A stretch of DNA of 64,000 bases from Myxococcota bacterium (GCA_039028615.1 JBCCHT010000041.1:1-64000), one strand, 5' to 3'. Positions 32,561 to 41,305 are shown, numbered from the stretch's first letter. Numbers and translations: made by a program. The notes: a model not told the origin generated them from the sequence alone.

Positions 32561-34117
32561 TCACGGATCGGATAGCAACATGTCCACGACGAACATGTCC
32601 GTCGCTCCCGAGTCGGCGACGAACACATCGTCCACGCCATCGCCATTGACGTCTCGAGCCCAGATGGCGGTGGGAATCGGATCGCTGATGCCGAGGCCAT
32701 CGTAGAGCAGCTCCGTGGGCCCGAACACACCCGCGCCCAGGCCACGTGCCGTGTAGGCGGCGATCGTGGCCCCCGTGGGCAGCGTCCACAGCAGGTCGAG
32801 GATCCCGTCGCCATCCACGTCGCCGAAGCCGGTGCGCTCGGGCAACGTGGCCGGAGAAGTCACCGTGACGGGGGGCTCGAAGGTGGCATCGCCCAGGCCG
32901 AAGTGAAGGTCCAGCACGCCGCCGTCGTTGCAGACGAGGTCGACGACGTCGTCGCCGTCGAGGTCGCGCGCCGACATCTGCCCCGAGCAGTCGGGTGCCG
33001 CGACCTCCACGAACGTCCCCCCGGGTTGCCCGAGCCAGAGGCCCGCGCTGCCCCCCGCTTCGAGCCACAGATCGGTCAGCGCATCGCCATCGAACGCTCG
33101 CGCCAAGACGTCGCTCGGGTCCGAGGGCATCGGCGACGGCAAGGGCATGCCCAGTTGCCCCCCGCCGATGCCCGGCCAGACCTGCATGCCGATCGAGTCG
33201 TACGTGAGCACGTCCGGGAGGCCATCACCCGTGAACTCCCCGGTGACGGCATGCACGTCGGTGAACGGGGTGAACGGATGTGTGAAGGTCTCGTTGAAGT
33301 CGGTGTTCCCCAGGCTGGTCCAGATCTGCAGGTGAGGATGAAAACCGAGGAAGTCGTCGCGCATCTCGATGAACGCCAGATCCGTCCGGCCGTCGCCATC
33401 GAAGTCCTCGCCGTGCATCGAGCCCGGCTGCACCCCACCGCGCGCCCCGGGGGCGAGGATGGGATGCGTTGCGGCGTCGATCAGCCCGACCGTGGCGTCC
33501 CCCGTGTGCACGCCGATGTCCGCGATGATGGAGTTGTTGAACGTGCGGAGTGAGCCCTCGACGTAGTCGCCCACCCCATCGTCGTCGAAGTCGGCGTAGA
33601 CGAGCCCGGCGGGGCGCTGCCCCGGGCCCTCGAACACCATGGGGATCCGGGTAAAGCACAGCCCGGGCGGCTCGACGACCCCGTCGCCGCAGCTGGCGGG
33701 CCCGCCCCCTGTGCCCGTGCTCGAACCGGACGCGATACCTCCGTCGGAGTCCGACGCCCCCTCGTCCGTCCCCGACGACTCGCTCGCCGGACCGGTGCTG
33801 GACGAGCCATCGGTGCTCGAGCCGGAGGTCGTGAATCCGCCCGTCTCCGAGCTCGATGTGCCGCTCGTCGTCGACCCAGTCGTCGCGGGCGCTCCCGTCG
33901 AGGTCGACTCTCCGCTCCCCATCGAGCCCGATTCCGTGCCCTCCGAACCCACTTCCGACACAGTCTCGGCGGAGCCGCTCGTGGCCCCCGCGTCCGTGTC
34001 CTCGTCGTCGTCCGACTCCGGGGTGACGACGACGGTGATGCACCCACCCGCCAGCAACAACGAACCCAGACCCAGCACGCGAGCCACCTCGCGCGGGCCG
34101 GCAACCGCGACCGCCAT
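32561..34117 (-). CDS. FG-GAP/VCBS-repeat lipoprotein
   Basis: Lipobox AGG-C; Ser/Thr/Gly-rich linker; CGDGVVE motif; about seven D[FLV]DGDG..D repeats. Confidence 0.88.
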   Translation of the reverse strand: MAVAVAGPREVARVLGLGSLLLAGGCITVVVTPESDDDEDTDAGATSGSAETVSEVGSEGTESGSMGSGESTSTGAPATTGSTTSGTSSSETGGFTTSGSSTDGSSSTGPASESSGTDEGASDSDGGIASGSSTGTGGGPASCGDGVVEPPGLCFTRIPMVFEGPGQRPAGLVYADFDDDGVGDYVEGSLRTFNNSIIADIGVHTGDATVGLIDAATHPILAPGARGGVQPGSMHGEDFDGDGRTDLAFIEMRDDFLGFHPHLQIWTSLGNTDFNETFTHPFTPFTDVHAVTGEFTGDGLPDVLTYDSIGMQVWPGIGGGQLGMPLPSPMPSDPSDVLARAFDGDALTDLWLEAGGSAGLWLGQPGGTFVEVAAPDCSGQMSARDLDGDDVVDLVCNDGGVLDLHFGLGDATFEPPVTVTSPATLPERTGFGDVDGDGILDLLWTLPTGATIAAYTARGLGAGVFGPTELLYDGLGISDPIPTAIWARDVNGDGVDDVFVADSGATDMFVVDMLLSDP

Positions 34118-34184
34118 GCCCCATCCACGCTCAGCCGCGCGCTCGGTTTCCCCGCGGCGAGCGAGGCCGCGTCGCGGGTCCCGC

Positions 34185-34664
34185 TCAGGCGGGCGGAGGA
34201 AAGGTCTGGACGGCCGAGACGATCGCCTGGCGGATCGTGGCCGCGTTGGCGTAGTCGGGGCAGTAGCGCAGCGCCGGGTCGCGGGCCGACAACGCCCGGA
34301 AGCGACGCTCCTCGGGGCCGAAGTCGTAGCTGAGGATCACGGGACCGGTGTAGCCCGCCTCCCGAAGGCTCCGCAGCACGAAGAGCCCCTGGTTATCCTG
34401 CTGGAACCGCCGCGCTCGCGCGACGTCGCCGTTGAAGCGGGCCGCGAGCTCCACCAGGTTGCCGAGCAGGGCTTCCTCGGGCGTTCGATCGAAGCGCATG
34501 TCGAGATAGACCAAGTCGGGTCGACGCTCGGCCATCATCTGGCACGCCGCGCCTCCGCTCTGGGCCTGCCGATAGACGAAGCCGTCGGCGACGAAGGTCG
34601 ACAGGTTGGTCAGGTACTCGTTGCCGTCTTCGACGACGAGCACGTCGATGGGGCGCTGGTTCAC
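34185..34664 (-). CDS. Single-domain receiver (REC) protein with ~30-aa insertion
   Basis: VLVVEDG, PDLVYLDMRFD...QGLFVLRSLR...PVILS. The GTG at 34664 overlaps the upstream TGA (GTGA). Confidence 0.85.
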   Translation of the reverse strand: MNQRPIDVLVVEDGNEYLTNLSTFVADGFVYRQAQSGGAACQMMAERRPDLVYLDMRFDRTPEEALLGNLVELAARFNGDVARARRFQQDNQGLFVLRSLREAGYTGPVILSYDFGPEERRFRALSARDPALRYCPDYANAATIRQAIVSAVQTFPPPA

Positions 34665-37600
34665 GCGGCCTCCACGGCGGCACTGATCTCGTCTTCGACG
34701 GTAAAGAAACGCAGCACTACGGCCTTGCTCCACCCCGGGGCGGTCTCCACCGAGATGGCGCCATCATAGCGCGACAACAGGTCGACCGTGATCCCCATAC
34801 CGCGCTCGACATAACGACCACGCAACATCTCGTTGGACAGCTGCTCGGGTGAGCGATCCATCACACGAATGGCCAGCGATGCGAGCCCGGTGATTTCGTC
34901 GAGCTCCAGCTCGAGATCGATGCCGAGGCCGACCGGAGGCGTCGCATACTGCACGCTCGAGCGCAGCGAGTTGCGAATCACGTTAGCCAGAATGTCCTCG
35001 AAATCGGTACGAAAGATGCGGACGAGCCCCCCGTGCCCGGTACGCCGCAGCGGCGCCAGGCTGTGGCCCACGAACTGCTCCTCGCCCGTGACCTGATCGT
35101 AGATCTCTTGGACGAGGTCGTCGTCGATGTTCACCACGCACAGCTCGCGGATCATCCCCGACAGGTGCTCGAAGGCTTGCCGCCCCAGCACGTGCCCACT
35201 GCGACCGAGCACCTTGGCCAGCTCGAGCTTGCGACCCGACCGGAGTCGCTCGGGTCGCCGGAGCTGATCGGCCCGCGCCGCGAGGTCCTCGAACGCCTTG
35301 ATCATCGGGCGGAAGATGGGGTCCTTGCGATAGAGGTTGAGGGTCACCCGGTGTGCACGAGCGACCTGCTCGAGCTCTTCGAGGTAGCCGAGAAAGCGCC
35401 CGTAGATGCCGCCTGCGACGCGTCCACGGCGATCTCGGGTGTCGCGACGGCGGCGATCGTCGATGCCGCTGCCGTCGCCGAACATCCGCTGGGCCAACAC
35501 CGCCGCCCGCTGGTCGGCATCGGGTGCCTCGAACTCGAGGGCCCGCCCCACGTCGGCCAAAAATGCGGTGTTGTGCTTGAGGATCTCGTGGCGAATCAGG
35601 CTGAGGATCCGCGCCACTTCGGGGAAGCTCTTGGGATCGCGCTCGAGCAGCTGGGCGAGCGAGGCCCCTCGGTAGTGCCGATACAGCCGCCACGAGGGCA
35701 CGATGATGATGAGCGCGAGCACCAGGCCCGCCGCGAGGAAGAACTGGGTGAAGCGCTCGTCCATCTCGACCCGCAGCGCCTGGGCTCGATCCCAGTGCAG
35801 GTCGTAGTCCCCCGCTTCGTTGAGGTACAGGTCGAGCTCGCGCGAGGCCTCGATGGGCTGGTTGAGCGCCCACAACAGCTCGGCCAGGGTGAAGCGAGCG
35901 GTCAGGGAGCGCAGCTCGGCTGCACGCGCCAGGTGGGGAATGGCCTCGTCGGGCAGGTCTTCGCGCAGCAACAATCCGAGCCGCTCGTGGACCTCGGCTT
36001 GGTCCTCGCGCTTTTCGAGGCTCTGCTCCCAGTACTGCCGCGCGTCACCGCTGCGCTCCTGGGCGAACACCACCCGTGCCAGCTGGTTGAGCACCTCGGG
36101 CTCGTCGGGAAACTCGTCGCGGGCCCCCAGCAGGATCTTCTCGGCCTCGCCCCAGTCCTGGTGCTCGGTGCCGTGCAGATAGGCCATGTTGATGAGCTTC
36201 TGCAGCTTGGGGTCGAGCATCCGCAGCGAGTTTTCCGGGGGCGGCGGAATGGCGGGCAGCTCGTCGCGCCGGATCGCGCGCTCGAGCTCGGCCAGCGCCT
36301 GCTCGGCTCGCTGGAGATCGGGGTCCTCGGGGTCGGCCAGCTCCTGGAAGCGATCGTAGTGCTCGCGCGCCTTCTCGCGATCGGTGCGGGCGTAGAGCTC
36401 TCCGAGCAGCAAGTGCAGCCGATAGAGGTCGGGGCGCAGCCGCAGCGCGGCCACCAGGTGCTCGATGGCTCGCATGTCCTCGGCCCCCGCGAACTCCTTT
36501 TTGTAGATGAGCCCGAGGGTCATGTGGGCCTGGTAGTTCGAGCGATCCATGCCCACGGAGCGCTTGAGGTCCTCGACCGCGTTGAGCAGCCGACCCGTGC
36601 GCGCCAGCACGACCCCGCGCAGGTGATAGGCCCGCGGAAACCATCGCGAGGCCCCGATGGCGGAATCGAGCTCGGCCTCGGCCCGCTCGAGGTCGCCGGC
36701 TCGCAGCGCCGCCTCGCCCCGCAGATACGCGGCTTCGGCCGCCTCGCTCGGCACGAAACCGGTGGTCTTCTCGAGGTCGCGCAGGCTCAGCTCGAACTCG
36801 AGGTCGGCGATGATCTTGTCGACCCCCTTGGTCTCGGGCGCGGCGGGATGGCGCTCTTGCAGCTCGCGGTAGGCCTCGGCGGCCACGCCGAGGTCATCGA
36901 TCTGGCGCAGCAGGTCGGCGCGCAGGCGAAGCGGGCTCGGCAGCGGCTCTCGGCCCGCCCGTCGCGACTCCTCGCGGTAGCGATCGACCTCGGCCAGCGA
37001 CTCGGCCAGCAACAGCTCGCGCTCGCTGCCCTTGGTCTGCTCGGCGCTCTCGTACAGCAGCTGGGCAACCGTGGCGCGCACGTCATCGGGGCGCCACTGC
37101 GAGCCGGGCTTCTCTGCGGCGAGTTCCTTGGCCAGGGCCAGCCGCTCCTTGGCGTACTTGCGACCGCAAAGGCCCATCCACTCCAGCGCCACCTTGCGCT
37201 GCTCGACCCACAGGACCTTCGGGTCGTAGGTCGAAAGCGCGAGCAAATCCTTGAGGGCCCGCCGCGGGCATCGGCCCTTGGGGCTGCGAGCCTTGCTCGA
37301 CTCCGCTCGCCCCAGCAACGCCTCGGGGTCGCCGGGTTGCAGCTCGAGCGCCGCGGTGTACTCGCGAATGGCCTGCTCGTGTCGGTCCTTGCGAGAGGCG
37401 AGCTGAGCCGCCCGGATGTGCTGATCGAAGTAGCGCTTGCGGGCCTGAAGTTTTTCTTCTTCGGTGGGTTCCGGGTCCTCGCCCGAGCCACCCGCCTCGT
37501 CGGAGTCTTCGCCGTCGTCACCACCGCCCGAGGTGGTGCCGTCGTCGTCCTCGAGCCCGGGCAGCAGCGTACGCGGATCGGGAGCAGCCGAGACCGCGCC

Positions 37601-37699
37601 GACGCGGGTGCCGAGCCACAGCCCGAGACCCAGGCCGCCGAGCACCCGAAGCATCGAGCGCCGCGCCCCGCCGCGCAGCCATGGTCGCCAACCGGTCAT
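34661..37699 (-). CDS. Membrane sensor with large extracytoplasmic TPR region and atypical histidine-kinase-like cytoplasmic module
   Basis: Signal/TM N-terminus, many TPRs (AIREYTAALELQP, AYHLRGVVLAR, AHMTLGLIY), TM (FFLAAGLVLALIIIV). H-box-like IRHEILKH, N-box ILANVIRNSL, IRVMD, G2-like GMGI...YDGAISV. ATGA overlap with the upstream gene. Confidence 0.8.
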   Translation of the reverse strand: MTGWRPWLRGGARRSMLRVLGGLGLGLWLGTRVGAVSAAPDPRTLLPGLEDDDGTTSGGGDDGEDSDEAGGSGEDPEPTEEEKLQARKRYFDQHIRAAQLASRKDRHEQAIREYTAALELQPGDPEALLGRAESSKARSPKGRCPRRALKDLLALSTYDPKVLWVEQRKVALEWMGLCGRKYAKERLALAKELAAEKPGSQWRPDDVRATVAQLLYESAEQTKGSERELLLAESLAEVDRYREESRRAGREPLPSPLRLRADLLRQIDDLGVAAEAYRELQERHPAAPETKGVDKIIADLEFELSLRDLEKTTGFVPSEAAEAAYLRGEAALRAGDLERAEAELDSAIGASRWFPRAYHLRGVVLARTGRLLNAVEDLKRSVGMDRSNYQAHMTLGLIYKKEFAGAEDMRAIEHLVAALRLRPDLYRLHLLLGELYARTDREKAREHYDRFQELADPEDPDLQRAEQALAELERAIRRDELPAIPPPPENSLRMLDPKLQKLINMAYLHGTEHQDWGEAEKILLGARDEFPDEPEVLNQLARVVFAQERSGDARQYWEQSLEKREDQAEVHERLGLLLREDLPDEAIPHLARAAELRSLTARFTLAELLWALNQPIEASRELDLYLNEAGDYDLHWDRAQALRVEMDERFTQFFLAAGLVLALIIIVPSWRLYRHYRGASLAQLLERDPKSFPEVARILSLIRHEILKHNTAFLADVGRALEFEAPDADQRAAVLAQRMFGDGSGIDDRRRRDTRDRRGRVAGGIYGRFLGYLEELEQVARAHRVTLNLYRKDPIFRPMIKAFEDLAARADQLRRPERLRSGRKLELAKVLGRSGHVLGRQAFEHLSGMIRELCVVNIDDDLVQEIYDQVTGEEQFVGHSLAPLRRTGHGGLVRIFRTDFEDILANVIRNSLRSSVQYATPPVGLGIDLELELDEITGLASLAIRVMDRSPEQLSNEMLRGRYVERGMGITVDLLSRYDGAISVETAPGWSKAVVLRFFTVEDEISAAVEAA

Positions 37700-39402
37700 C
37701 GTTTCGTGCGTCGCTTGAGTGTACGCAGCTTGATGCCCAGTTGGTTCATGCGCAGCTGCACCTTGCGCCCCGCGCCTGGATCGTCGAGCAGAGCTTCGGC
37801 CATACGCCCCAGTTCGCCCGAGTATTTCCGATACAGACCTTCGAGGTATTGGCGCTCGACCGCGCAGCTGACCGCGTTGAGCGACTCCCCCGTGGGCAAA
37901 TCGACCATCAAGCGCAGGCTGCCGTCCTCGGCCTCGACCACGCCCTCCAGCGCAGCCGGCGACGCGGTCTGCAGCGGCTGCATGGGTCGCAACAGCTCCC
38001 GCACGGTACGGGGCGGAATGGGGACCACGTCGGGGCGACTGGCCTGGCCCGGATCTTCGGGCTCGACCTGCTCCGCGCGATCGACCAGCTCGACCATGGT
38101 CAGCGCCAGCAGGTTCGAAAGCGTCATCTCGAGCTGACGGAAGTTGCCCGGCCACGGGAACTCGTGCAGCTGCTTGAAGCTACTGGGCTGGAGCAGCAGG
38201 TAGATCCGCCGCGGGTCGACGCGCGCGGGCACCTTGGCGCCGACGGTGATCGGCATGGTGTCGCCCTTGCCCGGCACGCGTAGGCCTCGCTGCTCGGCGT
38301 ACTGCACCAGCAGGTCGCGGTTGTAGGGATCGGCCGCCACGCGGTTGAGGAAGGTCCGCAGCAGCTCCTCGAAGTCGTCCCGACGCTCGCGCAAGCTCGG
38401 CAGGGTCAGCGCGGTCGCGGGGTTGAGCCGCATGTACAGGTCCTCGCGGAACTTGCCGTCGCGGACCATGGTGGGCAGGTCCTCGTTGGTCGCCACCACG
38501 ATCTTGACGTCGACCTGCCGCTCCTCGACCGAGCCCACCGGGTGATAGCGGCTGTCCTGCAGCACGGTGAGCAACGACTTCTGCACGTCGAGGCTCAGGT
38601 TGCCGATCTCGTCGAGGAACAGCGTGCCCTGGTGGGCGCGCGCGAGCACACCGTCGCGAGTCGCGGTGGCCCCCGTATACGCCCCCTTCACCACGCCGAA
38701 CAGGTGCGCGGCCATCAGGTCCCGGGGGATCGTGGACAGGTCCACCGCCACGAAGGGCCCGGTTCGCTGCGACCGTTCGTGGATGAACTCGCGGGCGAGC
38801 AGGGTCTTACCCGTGCCCGTCTCCCCCGCCAGGATGATCGGCAGGCGCCCGCGCGCGAGGATGGAGAGCCGCCGCCGCGTGGCCAGCATCGATGGCGTGG
38901 CGCCCCAGAAAAAGGGCTCGTCGCTAGGCTCCGACGGACGCTGCGTCCGCGCGAGGATGCCCTCGACCTGCAGCTTGAGCGCGCGCGCGTCGAGGTAGTC
39001 GTCGTCGAGCAGGTACGTGTAGTCCTGCGCGTTGAGCCGCTCGGCATCGACCTCGAGCGGCAGGTCGTCGCGCGAGGTCATCACGATGACCGGCAGGTCG
39101 GGGTAGGCCCGGCGCAGGTGATCGAGGATGTGCAGGCCCTGCCCCCGCCGCAGCCGCTCCATCGCCCGCTTGGGGTCGCCCTTGGCCAGCAGCGCGGCCT
39201 TGTCGTAGGGCAGCAGCTCGTCTTCGGGGATGTCGAAGTGGACGTCGAGCAGCACCAGGTCGACGCCGTCGCCGTGGCGCCCGAGCAATCCCACCGCCTC
39301 GCGATAATTGCGAGCGGGCGGCAGGAACACGTGCTCCGACATGAAGCGCTTGCACAGCTCGAGGTACTTGTCCTCGTCGTCGACGATCAGGATCGACGAC
39401 AT
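37696..39402 (-). CDS. Sigma54-dependent transcriptional activator (REC-AAA+-HTH, NtrC family), atypical
   Basis: ILIVDDE, GETGTGKT, LFG..KGAYTGA, LFLDEIG, VVATN, FREDLY.RL, LPSLRER, WPGNFRQL. Confidence 0.93.
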   Translation of the reverse strand: MSSILIVDDEDKYLELCKRFMSEHVFLPPARNYREAVGLLGRHGDGVDLVLLDVHFDIPEDELLPYDKAALLAKGDPKRAMERLRRGQGLHILDHLRRAYPDLPVIVMTSRDDLPLEVDAERLNAQDYTYLLDDDYLDARALKLQVEGILARTQRPSEPSDEPFFWGATPSMLATRRRLSILARGRLPIILAGETGTGKTLLAREFIHERSQRTGPFVAVDLSTIPRDLMAAHLFGVVKGAYTGATATRDGVLARAHQGTLFLDEIGNLSLDVQKSLLTVLQDSRYHPVGSVEERQVDVKIVVATNEDLPTMVRDGKFREDLYMRLNPATALTLPSLRERRDDFEELLRTFLNRVAADPYNRDLLVQYAEQRGLRVPGKGDTMPITVGAKVPARVDPRRIYLLLQPSSFKQLHEFPWPGNFRQLEMTLSNLLALTMVELVDRAEQVEPEDPGQASRPDVVPIPPRTVRELLRPMQPLQTASPAALEGVVEAEDGSLRLMVDLPTGESLNAVSCAVERQYLEGLYRKYSGELGRMAEALLDDPGAGRKVQLRMNQLGIKLRTLKRRTKR

Positions 39403-39408
39403 GGCGGA

Positions 39409-39804
39409 TCAGGCTCCTCGCAGCAAGCGACGGTGAAAGTCTCGGAGGGCGCGGCGAATGTCCTGCTGCGCCTGGCGGATCTCGGAGCGCGCCTCGGCCA
39501 GGCCGGCTCGATCTTCGGCACGCAGAGCGGCTTCATGGGAGCGCAGGACCTGCACCGCGTCTTCCACGACCACGAGCTCGGGCTCGGTCAGCGGCCGCGG
39601 CAACTCCTCGGTATGCGCCGCCCAGACCTCCCACGCGCTCTCGTCCCCCTCGGAGCGCGAGCGCGTGCGCAGGATGTCGGCGCGCAGGGCCTCGACGAAG
39701 GTGTCGTCGAGCGGACCCTCCCAAGCATCGTCCTCGAAGTTCGCCGACTGCCAGGCGACGTACTTGCCGAGGTCGTGCTTGAGGGCGGCCGCTCGCTCCA
39801 GCAT
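39409..39804 (-). CDS. Small helical protein with H-box-like motif (ALKHDLGKY); possible stand-alone DHp/phosphotransfer protein
   Basis: 131 aa, helical composition; 6 bp from the activator and 18 bp from the upstream gene. Confidence 0.7.
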   Translation of the reverse strand: MLERAAALKHDLGKYVAWQSANFEDDAWEGPLDDTFVEALRADILRTRSRSEGDESAWEVWAAHTEELPRPLTEPELVVVEDAVQVLRSHEAALRAEDRAGLAEARSEIRQAQQDIRRALRDFHRRLLRGA

Positions 39805-39822
39805 GCGCTCCAGGGTCCGCGC

Positions 39823-40344
39823 TCAGGCGGACGCGATTTGGTACCGGGTGGCTCGCGCGCGACCGGTCGAGATGACCTTGCCCTCGTTCTTCATCCAGAC
39901 GAGGTAGTCGCGCAGCTCTTTGGTCTCGAGCTCGAGGCGCTTGGCGAGCTGACCGATGGTGAGCGGCTCGTCGGACATCGCATCGAGGATGCGACGATAG
40001 AGCTGAGCCTCGCGGCTCTCTTGACGGATGGGATCGGCGGCCGGAGCCACCACCCGCTTGCGCCCGCCCGCCGCGGCGACCACGGTGGGCGTGCTCGCGC
40101 CATTGCTCGGGGTCGACGCAATGGCGCGCTGCGGCAGCGACAGCGTGCCCCGAGAACGCAGGCCGCCGTCTTGAAGCGCCTGCGCCAGATCCCGCAGGCT
40201 GAGCGCTCGCACGGCATCGCCGGCGTCGCTGCTCAGCAGCTCTCGCAAGGTGGTCTCGGCGGGCATGCGGGCAACCGTGCCCATTGCGGCCTTGGCTTGG
40301 TTCTGTCGGAGGGCCGACTCGAACAGCTGAGCAATCTCGGTCAT
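39823..40344 (-). CDS. Putative DNA-binding protein (N-terminal helical domain, low-complexity linker, C-terminal winged HTH)
   Basis: C-terminus RILDAMSDEPLTIGQLAKRLELETKELRDYLVWMKNEGKVISTGRARATRY fits a wHTH with a basic wing. Confidence 0.8.
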   Translation of the reverse strand: MTEIAQLFESALRQNQAKAAMGTVARMPAETTLRELLSSDAGDAVRALSLRDLAQALQDGGLRSRGTLSLPQRAIASTPSNGASTPTVVAAAGGRKRVVAPAADPIRQESREAQLYRRILDAMSDEPLTIGQLAKRLELETKELRDYLVWMKNEGKVISTGRARATRYQIASA

Positions 40345-40389
40345 GGCTAGCGCACCTGGCGGGGAGTACCCGCAAATCGGGCGCCGGGG

Positions 40390-40418
40390 ACTATGCCACC
40401 TGGGCCCGGGGGCGTCCA
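40390..40418 (-). promoter_or_regulatory. Candidate sigma70-type promoter for the 40344-34185 operon
   Basis: On the minus strand TGGACG-N17-CATAGT with TG at the extended -10 position, about 45 nt before ATG 40344. Pattern match only. Confidence 0.3.
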
Positions 40419-40437
40419 GGCGACGCGCGTGGCGACA

Positions 40438-41166
40438 TCACTCACATGTCAACGCGCCCAGATCGACGGGGTCGTCCCCACAACGGAAACAACAATCCTC
40501 GCACGTACGACTGGCATCGAGGCCAATCCCCCACTCGAGGCCATCGGCAGCCGCGCCGTAGCAGATCCACTCGCGCCCGAGGCACTCGATCTCTTCGTGG
40601 CTGGGCACACCGATCCCGGACGTCACGAATGTTTCATTCGCGCTCGGCCACGCCCAGTCGCGGTCGCGTGAGAACAGCCGCCACTCCATGTCGAAACCGT
40701 CGCGACAGTCGTCGGTGAGCGTCCACTGTTGAACGCGCGGCGGGTTGCAGGTCTGAAGGGACTCGTCCGCGTGGTTGGGGCAATCCGGCACGCCGTCGCA
40801 CAGCTGCCGCAGCGCGAGGCAATCGCCCGTGCCGCACACCGCGATGAAGCCCTGCTCGCATACGCATGCACCCTGCTCACAGTAGGAATTGAGCCCGCAC
40901 GTAGTGGTGCAGCCGCGTCCCGCCTGCGTGGTCTGACACCCATGCAGCGCATAGGGGTTGCCGAAGAACCCGCGCTCGCAGAAGCAGTCACCGTCACGGC
41001 AATAGCCGTCGATCGAGCAGCGCACGTCGGCGCACGCTCCTTCGTCCGCGTCGTCGTCGGGAATCTCGATGACGCAGCCGGAAAGCAGCAGCCCGACGCC
41101 CGACGCCCAGGCCCCGGCCAGTGCTCGGGCCCAGACCGATCTCGTCGCGCGGTGCGGCGTCCTCAT
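40438..41166 (-). CDS. Cys-rich lipoprotein with EGF-like and LDL-receptor class A-like modules
   Basis: Lipobox LSG-C; C..G.C.C..GF.G EGF-like units; CGTGDCLALRQLCDGVPDCPNHADES matches the LDLa consensus. Confidence 0.8.
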   Translation of the reverse strand: MRTPHRATRSVWARALAGAWASGVGLLLSGCVIEIPDDDADEGACADVRCSIDGYCRDGDCFCERGFFGNPYALHGCQTTQAGRGCTTTCGLNSYCEQGACVCEQGFIAVCGTGDCLALRQLCDGVPDCPNHADESLQTCNPPRVQQWTLTDDCRDGFDMEWRLFSRDRDWAWPSANETFVTSGIGVPSHEEIECLGREWICYGAAADGLEWGIGLDASRTCEDCCFRCGDDPVDLGALTCE

Positions 41167-41305
41167 GCTCCGATCGTAGGCCGCCGCGGTCGCTTCGTCA
41201 CGGCGGGAGTCCCCCTGCCCGTGCGCCTCGATCGTGCGGGTTTTCCCCCCATCCTGCGGCAAATCTCCCCCGTCGCCGCCGTGCTCGCGCTAGAACCGAG
41301 CCACC

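Noticed and set aside
40380..40400. TGGCATAGTCCCCGGC as a sigma54 -24/-12 promoter for the signalling operon
   Set aside because: GG-to-GC spacing is 11 rather than 10 nt and there is no TTGC.
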